DNA of 64,000 bases from an uncultured Candidatus Saccharibacteria bacterium (GTDB lineage: Bacteria > Patescibacteriota > Minisyncoccia > Phycocordibacterales > Zambryskibacteraceae), in the NCBI GenBank assembly GCA_964608585.1, contig CAZSOL010000001.1, positions 75,666-139,665 of the forward strand, in the 5' to 3' direction. The notes under the pieces were generated by a model. That model searched no databases and was not told the origin of the DNA. It worked only from the letters and a program-made list of their open reading frames with translations. A program made the position numbers and the translations under genes. Positions 54,197 to 63,229 of this stretch are shown here, in pieces; position 1 is the first letter of the stretch, and every line of letters begins with the position of its first letter.

Positions 54197-54778
54197 ATGG
54201 ATAAGGAGGGTGAGTTAAAGAAAATAAGAGACGAAGTGATAGATATAGGAGGTGAGTTGGCTGGTCTGAGAAGGTCTGGTGCTTATTTGCCCGTAATAGG
54301 AGAGGGGAGCCACTCACCCAAGATAATGTTTATCGGTGAGGCCCCAGGGGAGAAGGAGTCAAAGACAGGCAGACCCTTTGTTGGTCGAGCGGGGCAACTT
54401 CTAAACGAGCTTCTAGAGTATATAAACATAAAGAGAGAAGATGTGTACATCACCAACATTGTGAAGGATCGCCCTCCGAAGAACAGGGATCCATTACCAG
54501 ATGAGATAGACTTATACGCTCCACTCCTAGATAAGCAGATAGAGGTGATGAAGCCTGAGGTGGTGGCTACTCTAGGGCGCTTCTCTATGGAGTATGTGAT
54601 GAAGCGGTATGGATTAGAGAGTGAGCTGGGGCCAATAAGTGCTCTCCACGGCAAGGTCTTCGACTCTCCTCAAGGATTTAAGGTTGTACCCCTCTTCCAC
54701 CCCGCCGCCGCTATATATAACCAACACTTAAAGCCAGAGCTCTTCCTAGACTTCAAAGTTCTGAAAACCCTTATTTAG
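54197..54778 (+). CDS. Family-4 uracil-DNA glycosylase
   Basis: GEGSHSPKIMFIGEAPGEKE, GRPFVGRAGQLL, HPAA; start taken at MDKEGE right after the exonuclease stop. Confidence 0.8.
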   Translation: MDKEGELKKIRDEVIDIGGELAGLRRSGAYLPVIGEGSHSPKIMFIGEAPGEKESKTGRPFVGRAGQLLNELLEYINIKREDVYITNIVKDRPPKNRDPLPDEIDLYAPLLDKQIEVMKPEVVATLGRFSMEYVMKRYGLESELGPISALHGKVFDSPQGFKVVPLFHPAAAIYNQHLKPELFLDFKVLKTLI

Positions 54779-54795
54779 TGATATATTAGGCTCAA

Positions 54796-56358
54796 ATGAA
54801 ATCAGAGGAAATACGTAAGCGGTTCTTAACCTTTTTTGAGAAGCACGGGCACAAGGTGGTGCCATCTTCACCCTTGGTGACAGACGACCCATCTGTCCTC
54901 TTTACCACCGCAGGCATGCAACAATTCAAGCCTTATTACTTAGGAAAGCCCTCTCCTTATGGGCAGAATGTCGTCTCTATACAGAAGTGCGTCAGAACTT
55001 CGGATATTGAGGAAGTGGGTGATGAGAGGCATCTAACCTTCTTTGAGATGCTGGGGAACTTCTCCTTCGCTGGATACTGGAAGGAGAAAGCCATCAAGCT
55101 TGCCCACGAGTTTGTAACCAAAGAGATGGGACTCACTATAGATTACGTGACTATATTTGAGGGAGAGGAGGGTGTACCAAGAGATGATGAGTCAGAAAGA
55201 ATTTGGAAGTCTATAGATCCAAACATAAAGATTAAAGAGTTTGGTCGAGCAGACAACTTCTGGGGCCCAACTGGGGAAGAGGGTCCTTGCGGTCCAACTT
55301 CAGAGATTTATGTAGGGGGTATAGAGATCTGGAACTTGGTCTTCAACGAGTTCTACCAGAACAAAGACAAAACCTTAAAGCCATTAGAGATGAAGGGGAT
55401 AGACACAGGCATGGGTCTTGAGCGCCTTGCGATGGTAGTACAAAAAGTTCCAACCGTGTTTGATACAGATTTGTTTGATAAACCAAAAACGAGAGAGGAG
55501 AGGATCGTTGCCGACCATGCGCGTACAGCTGTTTTTATGATTATGGATGGAGTTAGACCATCTAATACCGAACGAGGATATGTTCTAAGAAGAATTATTA
55601 GACGAGCCTTTGTTAATTCTAACAACTTTCCCGAAGCAACCCAAAGAGTAATTGATCTTTATGGTTTGGATAGTAAGGAGATCCTCACTGTTGTCCAAGA
55701 AGAGATACAGAAGTTTGCAGAAGCATTAGCACAAGGAACCAAAGAAGCAAAGAAGGGGGGCGACCCATTTATCCTTTTTACCTCTTATGGCTTACCACTA
55801 GAGATTATAAAAACAATTGGTATCAAAATTGACGAAAAGGATTTTGAAGAGAAGTTCAAAAAACACCAAGAGCTGTCTAAGGCAGGTGCAGAGCAGAAGT
55901 TTAAGGGAGGCTTGGCGGGGCACTCGGAGATTGAGGTTAAGTACCACACTGCTACACACCTCTTACACCAAGCACTTAGAGATGTTTTGGGGGCTGAAGT
56001 GAGTCAGAAGGGCTCCAACATTACTCCGGAGAGACTCCGCTTTGACTTCTCCTTCCCTCGCAAGATGACAGATGAGGAGAAGAAGAAGGTAGAGGAGATT
56101 GTAAACTCTAAAATAGAAGAGGCCCTGCCTGTAGAGAACCTCGTGATGAACAAAGAGGAGGCTATAAACTCAGGTGCACTGCACTTCTTTGACCAGAAGT
56201 ATCCAGATCAAGTCTCGGTCTACAAGATAGGCGAGTACTCCAAAGAGTTTTGTGGTGGACCTCACGTCAAGAACACAAGTGAGATAGGAAAAATAAAAAT
56301 AGACAAGGAAGAAGCCGTATCGGCAGGTGTTCGTCGTATCAAAGCTACGTTACAATAA
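54796..56358 (+). CDS. alaS: Alanyl-tRNA synthetase, compact 520-aa form (catalytic + tRNA-recognition + editing-type HxxxH/CxxxH motifs; no long C-terminal extension)
   Basis: FTTAGMQQFKPYYLG, WGPTGEEGPCGPTSEIY, editing-type HTATHLLHQAL and CGGPHV. Confidence 0.85.
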   Translation: MKSEEIRKRFLTFFEKHGHKVVPSSPLVTDDPSVLFTTAGMQQFKPYYLGKPSPYGQNVVSIQKCVRTSDIEEVGDERHLTFFEMLGNFSFAGYWKEKAIKLAHEFVTKEMGLTIDYVTIFEGEEGVPRDDESERIWKSIDPNIKIKEFGRADNFWGPTGEEGPCGPTSEIYVGGIEIWNLVFNEFYQNKDKTLKPLEMKGIDTGMGLERLAMVVQKVPTVFDTDLFDKPKTREERIVADHARTAVFMIMDGVRPSNTERGYVLRRIIRRAFVNSNNFPEATQRVIDLYGLDSKEILTVVQEEIQKFAEALAQGTKEAKKGGDPFILFTSYGLPLEIIKTIGIKIDEKDFEEKFKKHQELSKAGAEQKFKGGLAGHSEIEVKYHTATHLLHQALRDVLGAEVSQKGSNITPERLRFDFSFPRKMTDEEKKKVEEIVNSKIEEALPVENLVMNKEEAINSGALHFFDQKYPDQVSVYKIGEYSKEFCGGPHVKNTSEIGKIKIDKEEAVSAGVRRIKATLQ

Positions 56359-56362
56359 AGGA

Positions 56363-57532
56363 ATGGGTTTATTCTTTGGAAAGAAGAAGGGGAGAAATAC
56401 TTTGGTTCTAGATATTTCATCAGGATCTACATCAGCCGCTATTGTTTGTACACACAAGCAAGACATGCCTGAGATTATCACCAGAGTTAGAACTCCATAT
56501 TTTGTAAAAGGGGAGCCTAATGGCGAGAACTTGGAGAAGGCGATGCTTGCCTCTCTTAAGACCACGCTACAATTTGTCCTAGCTCAGACACCAACTCTCA
56601 AGAGCAGAGGTCTTGAGAGTAAGATTGATAAGGGGCTCGTAACCCTCTCCTCTCCTTGGGCAGACTCGTATCTCAAGACGGTCCATGTGGAGAAGGAGGA
56701 GAACTTCGTCTTTGATATGGAAGCGCTTATACAAACAATCAACGACGAGAGGGACGACTTCCAAAAGAAGTTGAAGGAAAACTTTGAGGAGGAGGGAGAG
56801 ATCTTTGAAGCGGCGGTGATGGATTTGTACCTCAACGGTTACTCAGCTCCTGCTCCAACTAAGGAGAAGGTTAAGGAAGTTGAGATAAGCTTCATCTTAA
56901 GTGCCACAACCAAAGAGTTTCTGCACAAGATAGAACTTGAGATATCAAAGTCTCTCGCTATAAATCATGGTGTAATCTTCCACAGCTTCCTCTTTGCCTT
57001 CTACAAAGTGCTCTCACACTCCTTTAGGAACTTACACTCAGCTCTGCTTATCAACATGAGTTCAGAGATCACCGACATCCTCTTCCTAAGACATGGTAAG
57101 TCTGCTATAAACGCATCTCTACCCTTCGGTCCAGCTACCATTGCAAGAAGCGTGGCAGAGAGACTCCGTATCCCTTTGGAAATCGCTTACTCTTACCTTG
57201 CCTTGTTTGCAGAAGGGTCGCTAGACAAGGCTACGACAGACTCTGTAGACGCTATTATTGTTGAGAGAGAGGATGAGTGGAAGGCCTTGTGGTCTAACCT
57301 CGGACAAAAGATCCAGAAGGAGACAGACGTACCGTACTCTATCTTCCTCGTGGTGCGTAGTAGCTTTGGAAGATTGATGGAGACGTTCCTCCAGAGTGTC
57401 TTCCCCAACAGAAACATTATTGTCGTTGGAGATACGAACACCTTTACCAAAGAGTTGGTGAGAGGAGATACAGAGAATATGGGCGATGAGAAGATCTTGA
57501 TCTTATCCTCATTCTCAAATATTTTGAATTGA
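56363..57532 (+). CDS. Actin-like ATPase fold protein (FtsA/PilM-like), hypothetical
   Basis: Phosphate-1-like LVLDISSGSTSAAIV and phosphate-2-like LLINMSSEITDILFL; start at MGLFFGK after the alaS stop. Confidence 0.4.
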   Translation: MGLFFGKKKGRNTLVLDISSGSTSAAIVCTHKQDMPEIITRVRTPYFVKGEPNGENLEKAMLASLKTTLQFVLAQTPTLKSRGLESKIDKGLVTLSSPWADSYLKTVHVEKEENFVFDMEALIQTINDERDDFQKKLKENFEEEGEIFEAAVMDLYLNGYSAPAPTKEKVKEVEISFILSATTKEFLHKIELEISKSLAINHGVIFHSFLFAFYKVLSHSFRNLHSALLINMSSEITDILFLRHGKSAINASLPFGPATIARSVAERLRIPLEIAYSYLALFAEGSLDKATTDSVDAIIVEREDEWKALWSNLGQKIQKETDVPYSIFLVVRSSFGRLMETFLQSVFPNRNIIVVGDTNTFTKELVRGDTENMGDEKILILSSFSNILN

Positions 57533-57546
57533 TATACAATTAGCTT

Positions 57547-58830
57547 ATGCCAAAGAAGATAGAAGACATCGTACCCTCAAATAGAAAATCAATTAGAGAC
57601 ATACCTGTGCCTGTTAGACGTTCTAGAGTTGAACCTCAAGAAGAAGCACCAGTGAGTTACTCTGCTCCTGTTATGCCCCCTCCTCTAGAGCCAAGGTTTA
57701 ACTACAATACTCCACTGCCAAAAGAGAGGAAGAAGAAGGGCTTCTGGGTTTGGTCTGGAGTCGTCTTGATACTTATCGCCTTCGCCTTTGTCTCACTTAG
57801 GAGCGGGGCAGTTGTTTCTTATAAGCCGAAGGTCTACTCTGTTGCCTTCGCTAATGAAGTTGTAAATGCTGGGCAAAATGCTACTACAAGTGTCATAGCC
57901 TATAGCACTATCAAGCTCTCAAAGGAGAAGAGTGCTGAGGTTGTCGCAAGTGGAGAGGAGACGGTATCTCTCAAGGCCCAAGGACAGATAGTTGTATACA
58001 ACGAGCAGTCCTCAGCTCAACAACTTATAAGTAGTACTAGGTTTGAGACTCCAGATGGCAAGATATACAGGATAGAGGAAGACATCACTGTACCGGCCAA
58101 CGGTAACTTAGAGGTTAAGGTAGTAGCCGATGTAGCTGGAGAAGAGCAGAACATAGGACTCTCAGACTTTACTCTCCCTGGACTCAAAGGATCTGCTCGG
58201 TTTGAAAAAGTTTTTGGTAGGTCTAAGACTCCTATGACCGGAGGCTTCGTTGGTACAAGGAAGAAGGTTGAAGCAGGAGACTTAGCCAAAGCCAGAACCT
58301 CTCTAGAGGAGATCTTGAGAAGCGAGCTGACCGCAGAGGTGGCTACTCAAGTTCCTTTGGACTTTATCCTCTTCCCAAATCTTGTAGAAGTAAGCTACGA
58401 AATGTTACCAGTAGAGAACTCTGGTACAAACATGGCTAGAGTTACCCTTAGGGGCAACTTGAATGCTGTGATATTTAAGAAGAACGACTTAGCTCTATTC
58501 TTGGCTATACAAAAGTTAGGAGCAAACAATATAGGTAGCGAGGTTACTATGCTAGACACCTCAAAGCTCAACGCCTCTCTAATAAATGGCATCCCAAGCC
58601 AAACAAGCTCCTCAACTCTAAAGGTCAACTTCATCGGCTCTACAGACATAGTTTCGGTCACAGATGAGAAAGCCTTGGCTCAAGATCTTCTAGGTAGGCC
58701 TAAGGCAGACCTCATCAACATCATAGAGGCTTATCCATCTATAAGTGAGGCTAGTGCCGTGATAAGACCCTTCTGGAAGTCGGTCTTCCCAACAGAGGAA
58801 ACAAAGATTAAGATAGAGGCACGTAGATAA
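57547..58830 (+). CDS. Bitopic membrane protein with a large extracytoplasmic domain, hypothetical
   Basis: Pro-rich cytoplasmic N-terminus, TM WVWSGVVLILIAFAFVSL, about 350-aa beta-rich ectodomain. Confidence 0.4.
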   Translation: MPKKIEDIVPSNRKSIRDIPVPVRRSRVEPQEEAPVSYSAPVMPPPLEPRFNYNTPLPKERKKKGFWVWSGVVLILIAFAFVSLRSGAVVSYKPKVYSVAFANEVVNAGQNATTSVIAYSTIKLSKEKSAEVVASGEETVSLKAQGQIVVYNEQSSAQQLISSTRFETPDGKIYRIEEDITVPANGNLEVKVVADVAGEEQNIGLSDFTLPGLKGSARFEKVFGRSKTPMTGGFVGTRKKVEAGDLAKARTSLEEILRSELTAEVATQVPLDFILFPNLVEVSYEMLPVENSGTNMARVTLRGNLNAVIFKKNDLALFLAIQKLGANNIGSEVTMLDTSKLNASLINGIPSQTSSSTLKVNFIGSTDIVSVTDEKALAQDLLGRPKADLINIIEAYPSISEASAVIRPFWKSVFPTEETKIKIEARR

Positions 58831-59045
58831 TGGCACAAAACCCAGAACTTGAGAGAACAGGTGTCGTCACAGAAGCCCTGCCAAACATAATGTTTAAGGT
58901 TAAACTCGACAATACAGACGAAGAGATTTTGACTTATCTCTCTGGGAAGATGCGCTTGCATAGAATAAGGGTTTTGGTGGGGGACAAGGTCCAGCTTGAG
59001 CTTGAGCCATATGGGGGCAAGGCCCGTATAACCAAGCGCCTATAG
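58830..59045 (+). CDS. infA: Translation initiation factor IF-1
   Basis: TGVVTEALPNIMFKVKLDN...ILTYLSGKMRLHRIRVLVGDKVQLELEPY (S1-like IF-1 fold). Confidence 0.9.
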   Translation: MAQNPELERTGVVTEALPNIMFKVKLDNTDEEILTYLSGKMRLHRIRVLVGDKVQLELEPYGGKARITKRL

Positions 59046-59090
59046 GCGGTTGACAGGAAATGGGGGTTTGAGTTACAATACATCTTCCCA

Positions 59091-59207
59091 ATGAAAGTCA
59101 AGGCGTCAGTCAAAAAGATGTGCAGTAAGTGCCAGATTGTCAGGCGCAAGGGCTATGTTTATGTAATTTGTAAGGGTAACGCTAGACACAAGCAGCGACA
59201 AGGCTAA
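59091..59207 (+). CDS. rpmJ: 50S ribosomal protein L36
   Basis: [38 protein letters not shown]; not in the ORF track (38 aa). Confidence 0.9.
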   Translation: MKVKASVKKMCSKCQIVRRKGYVYVICKGNARHKQRQG

Positions 59208-59587
59208 TGAGACTACTCGGCATAACTATCCCAGAGGATAAGCGTATTGATATCGGCTTAACGGTGCTCTTTGGCATTGGTCGCTCTCAAGCAAGCTCTA
59301 TCCTAGAGGAGGCAAAGGTAGATAGCTCAAAGAAGCCTAAGGATATATCCATAGAAGAGGAGAACGCTATAAGAGGAGTGATAGAGAAGATGACCTTAGA
59401 GGGAGATCTCAAGCGAGAGACTCAAGCCAATGTAAAGCGTCTCAAAGATATTAAGGCATATAGAGGAGTTCGTCATCAGCGTGGGCTCCCTGTAAGAGGT
59501 CAAAGGACCAAGACCAACTCACGTACTCGTCGTGGTAACACAAGGAAGACCATGGGTACTGGTCGTCGTGCAGTAGAGAAGACATAA
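59207..59587 (+). CDS. rpsM: 30S ribosomal protein S13
   Basis: RLLGITIPEDKRIDIGLTVLFGIGRSQA...YRGVRHQRGLPVRGQRTKTNSRTRRG; TAATG overlap with rpmJ. Confidence 0.9.
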   Translation: MRLLGITIPEDKRIDIGLTVLFGIGRSQASSILEEAKVDSSKKPKDISIEEENAIRGVIEKMTLEGDLKRETQANVKRLKDIKAYRGVRHQRGLPVRGQRTKTNSRTRRGNTRKTMGTGRRAVEKT

Positions 59588-59599
59588 AAATATAAAATA

Positions 59600-60040
59600 A
59601 TGGGAAAGAAGAAAATCATCGAAGCAGATAAGGGAGAGGAAGTGGTCAAGACCGCTGAGGCTACACCTGCACCCAAGACAAGCTCCAAGAAGCGTGTTGA
59701 GACAGGCATACTTAACGTAGAGTCTACTTATAACAACACCAAGGTTGTGCTTACAGATGAGAAGGGAGGAGTACTAGCATGGTCTACTTCAGGAGCTCTA
59801 GGCTTCAAGGGGGCTAAGAAGGGTACTCCTTTTGCTGCTGCTAAGATCGGTGAGACCGTTGGAGAGAAGGCAGTGGCACTAGGAATGAAGGAGGTCTCGG
59901 TAAAGGTGAAGGGTGTTGGCTCCGGACGCGAATCTGCGATCCGGGGTTTTATTTCTAAAGGGATCAACCTCACTGTTATTACCGACAAGACTCCTGTCCC
60001 TCACAATGGACCTAAGCCGCCTAAGCCTCGTAGGGCATAA
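59600..60040 (+). CDS. rpsK: 30S ribosomal protein S11
   Basis: STYNNTKVVLTDEKGGVLAWSTSGALGFKGAKKGTPFAA...GSGRESAIRGF...TDKTPVPHNG. Confidence 0.9.
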   Translation: MGKKKIIEADKGEEVVKTAEATPAPKTSSKKRVETGILNVESTYNNTKVVLTDEKGGVLAWSTSGALGFKGAKKGTPFAAAKIGETVGEKAVALGMKEVSVKVKGVGSGRESAIRGFISKGINLTVITDKTPVPHNGPKPPKPRRA

Positions 60041-60042
60041 AT

Positions 60043-60657
60043 TTGAATATCATGAAAATCGGACCAAAATTTAAACTAGCTAGACGACTCGGTGCCCCAA
60101 TCTTTGAGAAGACTCAAGGCCCAAAGTATGCTGCCTCTCTCTCAAGAAAGGAAAAGAACGATCAGATGCCTACTCGTCCTAAGTCTGAGTTCGGCAAGCA
60201 ACTCATAGAGAAGCAGAAGGCCCGCTTCTCCTATGGAGTGATGGAGAAGCAGTTCGCCAAGTATGTGAAGCAGTCTTTGGGTGCAGGAGACCCAACAGAG
60301 AGACTCTTCTATGCTCTTGAGTCTCGCTTAGACAACGTTATCTACAGAGCTGGCTTTGCCAAGACTCGTCTCCAAGCAAGGCAGATGGCCTCACACGGCC
60401 ACACCACTGTCAACGGGCGCCGTGTGACCATCCCCTCAATGGCCTTGAGGGAGGGCGACGTGGTTGGTGTGCGCGAGGGTAGCACCAAGAGTGCTCTCTT
60501 TGCAGGCGTAGACGAGCGCCTCAAGTCGGCTCCACAGCCCACTTGGCTTACCGTAAATCCAAATGAGCTTACAGCCAAAGTCACAGGTAGGCCCACCTAC
60601 GACAAGGCGGCTCAGGTATTTGATTTGGGGGCGGTTATCGAATTTTATAGTAGATAA
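60043..60657 (+). CDS. rpsD: 30S ribosomal protein S4
   Basis: KLARRLG, S4 domain LESRLDNVIYRAGFAKTRLQARQMASHGHTTVNGRRVTIPS. Confidence 0.9.
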   Translation: MNIMKIGPKFKLARRLGAPIFEKTQGPKYAASLSRKEKNDQMPTRPKSEFGKQLIEKQKARFSYGVMEKQFAKYVKQSLGAGDPTERLFYALESRLDNVIYRAGFAKTRLQARQMASHGHTTVNGRRVTIPSMALREGDVVGVREGSTKSALFAGVDERLKSAPQPTWLTVNPNELTAKVTGRPTYDKAAQVFDLGAVIEFYSR

Positions 60658-60682
60658 TTTTAATAATTTATTTATCAAACTT

Positions 60683-61639
60683 ATGGCAGATTACACAATT
60701 CTTCTTCCCAGTAAGCCTAGGATCGTCTCCGAAGAGGGGGTCGTCGGGGTTTATGAAATAGACGGACTTTACCCAGGTTACGGACACACTCTCGGTAACT
60801 CTCTTCGTCGCATAATCCTCTCCTCACTCCCTGGAGTAGCTATCACTTCGGTAAAAATAAACGGAGTCTCTCACGAGTTCTCTGTACTTGATGGTGTTAA
60901 GGAAGATGTCATCACAATACTACTCAACCTAAAGAAGGTGCGTATGCGCTTCTCTACAGACGAAGGACAGACTATCACTCTTAAGGTTAAGGGTGAGAAG
61001 GAGGTTACAGCCTCAGACATTGAGGTTCCAGGTCAAGTTGAGATACTAAACCCTGAGCAGCACATTGCGACCATCACCGACAAGAACACTACTCTTGAGA
61101 TAGAGATGTACGCCGAGAAGGGCTTGGGCTTCGTCCAGAAGGATGCTCTACAGAAGGATAGAGTAGACATAGGCTTCATTGCTCTTGATGCAATCTTTAC
61201 CCCTATACGTCGTGCAAGCTACGAGGTGGAGAACATGCGCGTAGGCGACAGAACCGACTTCAACAAGTTGAAGCTCCACATAGAGACCGACGGAACTATT
61301 ACTCCAAACGAAGCACTCACCAAGTCTATTGAGATCATGATCAACCAACTCAAGGCTGTCATCGGCTTTAAGGAGGAAGAGGTTGTGGTGCCTACTAGCG
61401 CTAAGGTTGGTGAGTCTGAGGATAAGAGTGATATAGACCCAGAGGTACTCAAGACTCGCGTTGAGTCTCTAGACCTCTCAAGCAGAACTCAAAATGCTCT
61501 TGCCAACGGCAACATCCGCACTCTCGGTGGTCTTGCAAGGAAGAAGGAGAAGGATCTCCTAGACATAGAAGGTCTCGGGACCAAGGGTATACAAGAGATA
61601 AGGAAGGCTTTGGGCGAGTTTGGTATAACACTCAAATAG
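60683..61639 (+). CDS. rpoA: DNA-directed RNA polymerase alpha subunit
   Basis: GHTLGNSLRRIILSSLPGVAIT; C-terminal domain LDLSSRTQNALANGNIRTLGGL; start at MADYT (track ORF opens earlier, inside rpsD). Confidence 0.9.
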   Translation: MADYTILLPSKPRIVSEEGVVGVYEIDGLYPGYGHTLGNSLRRIILSSLPGVAITSVKINGVSHEFSVLDGVKEDVITILLNLKKVRMRFSTDEGQTITLKVKGEKEVTASDIEVPGQVEILNPEQHIATITDKNTTLEIEMYAEKGLGFVQKDALQKDRVDIGFIALDAIFTPIRRASYEVENMRVGDRTDFNKLKLHIETDGTITPNEALTKSIEIMINQLKAVIGFKEEEVVVPTSAKVGESEDKSDIDPEVLKTRVESLDLSSRTQNALANGNIRTLGGLARKKEKDLLDIEGLGTKGIQEIRKALGEFGITLK

Positions 61640-61657
61640 TGATAAATTAGTGCTCCA

Positions 61658-62005
61658 ATGAGACATAGCAACGCCAACAGAAAATTCGGAAGAGAGAAGA
61701 ACCAGAGAAAAGCTCTAATGAAGTCTTTGGCGCACAACTTGGTACTCAAGGGCAAGATCAAGACCACCGAGGCTAAGGCCAAGGAGCTCCGCCCCTTCGT
61801 AGAGAAGCTTGTAACCATGGGCAAGAGAGAGACCCCTGCCTCACAGAGACTCTTGGTCTCTCGTGTAGGTAAGATGGCAGCAACTAAGATAACCAACTCT
61901 CTCGCCACCACCTACAAGACACGTGAGGGTGGCTACACTCGCATCACCAAGCTCGTTCGCCGAGCTTCGGATGGAGCTAAGATGGCGGTAATAGAGTTTG
62001 TATAA
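61658..62005 (+). CDS. rplQ: 50S ribosomal protein L17
   Basis: MRHSNANRKFGREKNQRKALMKSLAHNLVLKGKIKTTEAKAKELRPFVEKL. Confidence 0.9.
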   Translation: MRHSNANRKFGREKNQRKALMKSLAHNLVLKGKIKTTEAKAKELRPFVEKLVTMGKRETPASQRLLVSRVGKMAATKITNSLATTYKTREGGYTRITKLVRRASDGAKMAVIEFV

Positions 62006-62010
62006 AGAAT

Positions 62011-62355
62011 ATGAAATACACCTTCGACGCAACAGATAAGAAGCCCGGACGACTCGCCACAGAGCTCGCAGTCTTGCTTATGGGCAAGAACAAGGCTGAC
62101 TTCGCCAAGAACAAGATCCCAGATGTCTCCATTGAGGTTACTAACGCCAATGCTATGAGCTTTGACGCCAAGAAGCTTATAGACAAGAAGTACGCCAGCC
62201 ACTCTGGTTACCCAGGCTCACTCAAGCTCCCAAGTATGCAACAAATGATAGACAAGAAGGGTGGTAAGGAAGTCCTTCGCCGTGCTGTCCTTGGTATGCT
62301 TCCTAAGAACAAGCTTCGACCAAGAATGATAAAGAATTTAAAAATCACCGATTAA
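62011..62355 (+). CDS. rplM: 50S ribosomal protein L13 (short, 114 aa)
   Basis: DATDKKPGRLATELAVLLMGKNKADF...HSGYPGSLK. Confidence 0.8.
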   Translation: MKYTFDATDKKPGRLATELAVLLMGKNKADFAKNKIPDVSIEVTNANAMSFDAKKLIDKKYASHSGYPGSLKLPSMQQMIDKKGGKEVLRRAVLGMLPKNKLRPRMIKNLKITD

Positions 62356-62360
62356 TTTAT

Positions 62361-62765
62361 ATGACAGAGAAGACTGACAAGTACATAGGTGCCACAGGAC
62401 GCAGGAAGACCTCTGTCGCACGTGTTCGTATTACTCCAGCTTCAAAGACTACTATTGAGGTCAACGAGAGAGACTTTACAGACTACTTCCCAGTGGCAGA
62501 GCTTCGTCGCAATGTGACCTCAACCTTTGACGCCGCCGAGGTAACACAGAAGTTCAAGGTTACTGTGAAGGTCGTGGGTGGAGGTATCTCCTCACAGTCT
62601 GTAGCAGTCTCCCACGGTATTGCCAGAGCTCTTGAGATATTTGATAAGGAGCTACGAGGTAAGCTTAAGGCCAAGGGCTTCCTCAAGAGAGACCCTCGAG
62701 CCGTCGAGCGCAAGAAGTTCGGCCTCAAAAAGGCCCGTAAGTCACCTCAGTGGTCAAAACGTTAG
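62361..62765 (+). CDS. rpsI: 30S ribosomal protein S9
   Basis: YIGATGRRKTSVARVRI...GGGISSQSVAVSHGIARAL...ARKSPQWSKR. Confidence 0.9.
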   Translation: MTEKTDKYIGATGRRKTSVARVRITPASKTTIEVNERDFTDYFPVAELRRNVTSTFDAAEVTQKFKVTVKVVGGGISSQSVAVSHGIARALEIFDKELRGKLKAKGFLKRDPRAVERKKFGLKKARKSPQWSKR

Positions 62766-62773
62766 TCACAACA

Positions 62774-62800
62774 ATCCGCCGCAAGGCGGATTTTGTTTTT
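62774..62800 (+). terminator. Intrinsic terminator atccgcc-gcaa-ggcggat followed by TTTGTTTTT after rpsI
   Basis: 7-bp stem, GCAA tetraloop, T-run. Confidence 0.75.
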
Positions 62801-62810
62801 CTAAAATAGA

Positions 62811-62838
62811 AAACCGCCACCGAAGTGTGGTGGCGGGT
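62811..62838 (-). terminator. Intrinsic terminator ccgccacc-gaagtgt-ggtggcgg with a T-run on the minus strand, after the SemiSWEET gene
   Basis: 8-bp GC stem preceded on the plus strand by an A-run. Confidence 0.7.
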
Positions 62839-63116
62839 TAGCGATAGTACAAGATGAGTCCGATGGTCGTGGCGCTCAAGAGAACCGACACAATCATCGA
62901 GGTCATGAGCCCGTAGCTCCGCTTGATGAAGGACTCCACTGCAACTGAGACCTGCACAAGGATGAACAGAACGAACATCCCGATGGAGACCCCGGAAGCG
63001 TTCTGGCTCCGAAGAATTGAGATTGGTTGAGGCAGAATCGCCAACACGTTCACCAACCCCATGAGCCACATCACCTTATCCCAACGAAAGCGTTGGGCAA
63101 ACTCCTCACGAGTCAT
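62838..63116 (-). CDS. SemiSWEET (MtN3/PQ-loop) sugar transporter, three TM helices, 92 aa
   Basis: PQ-loop motif LAILPQPISILRSQNASGVS; three hydrophobic helices. Confidence 0.7.
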   Translation of the reverse strand: MTREEFAQRFRWDKVMWLMGLVNVLAILPQPISILRSQNASGVSIGMFVLFILVQVSVAVESFIKRSYGLMTSMIVSVLLSATTIGLILYYR

Positions 63117-63154
63117 TTGGCACTCCTTGCTAAGAGTTCAAGTATCTATCCTTA

Positions 63155-63183
63155 ATTCTAGTATATTTTATATCGCTTGTCAA
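63155..63183 (-). promoter_or_regulatory. Sigma-70-type promoter for the SemiSWEET gene (-35 TTGACA at 63178..63183, -10 TAGAAT at 63155..63160, minus strand, 17-nt spacer)
   Basis: Minus-strand read: TTGACAagcgatataaaatatacTAGAAT about 40 nt upstream of the start codon. Confidence 0.5.
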
Positions 63184-63229
63184 GTATTTACTTAATAAAT
63201 TCTTGATTTCGGTCTAAAAATCGGTTATA

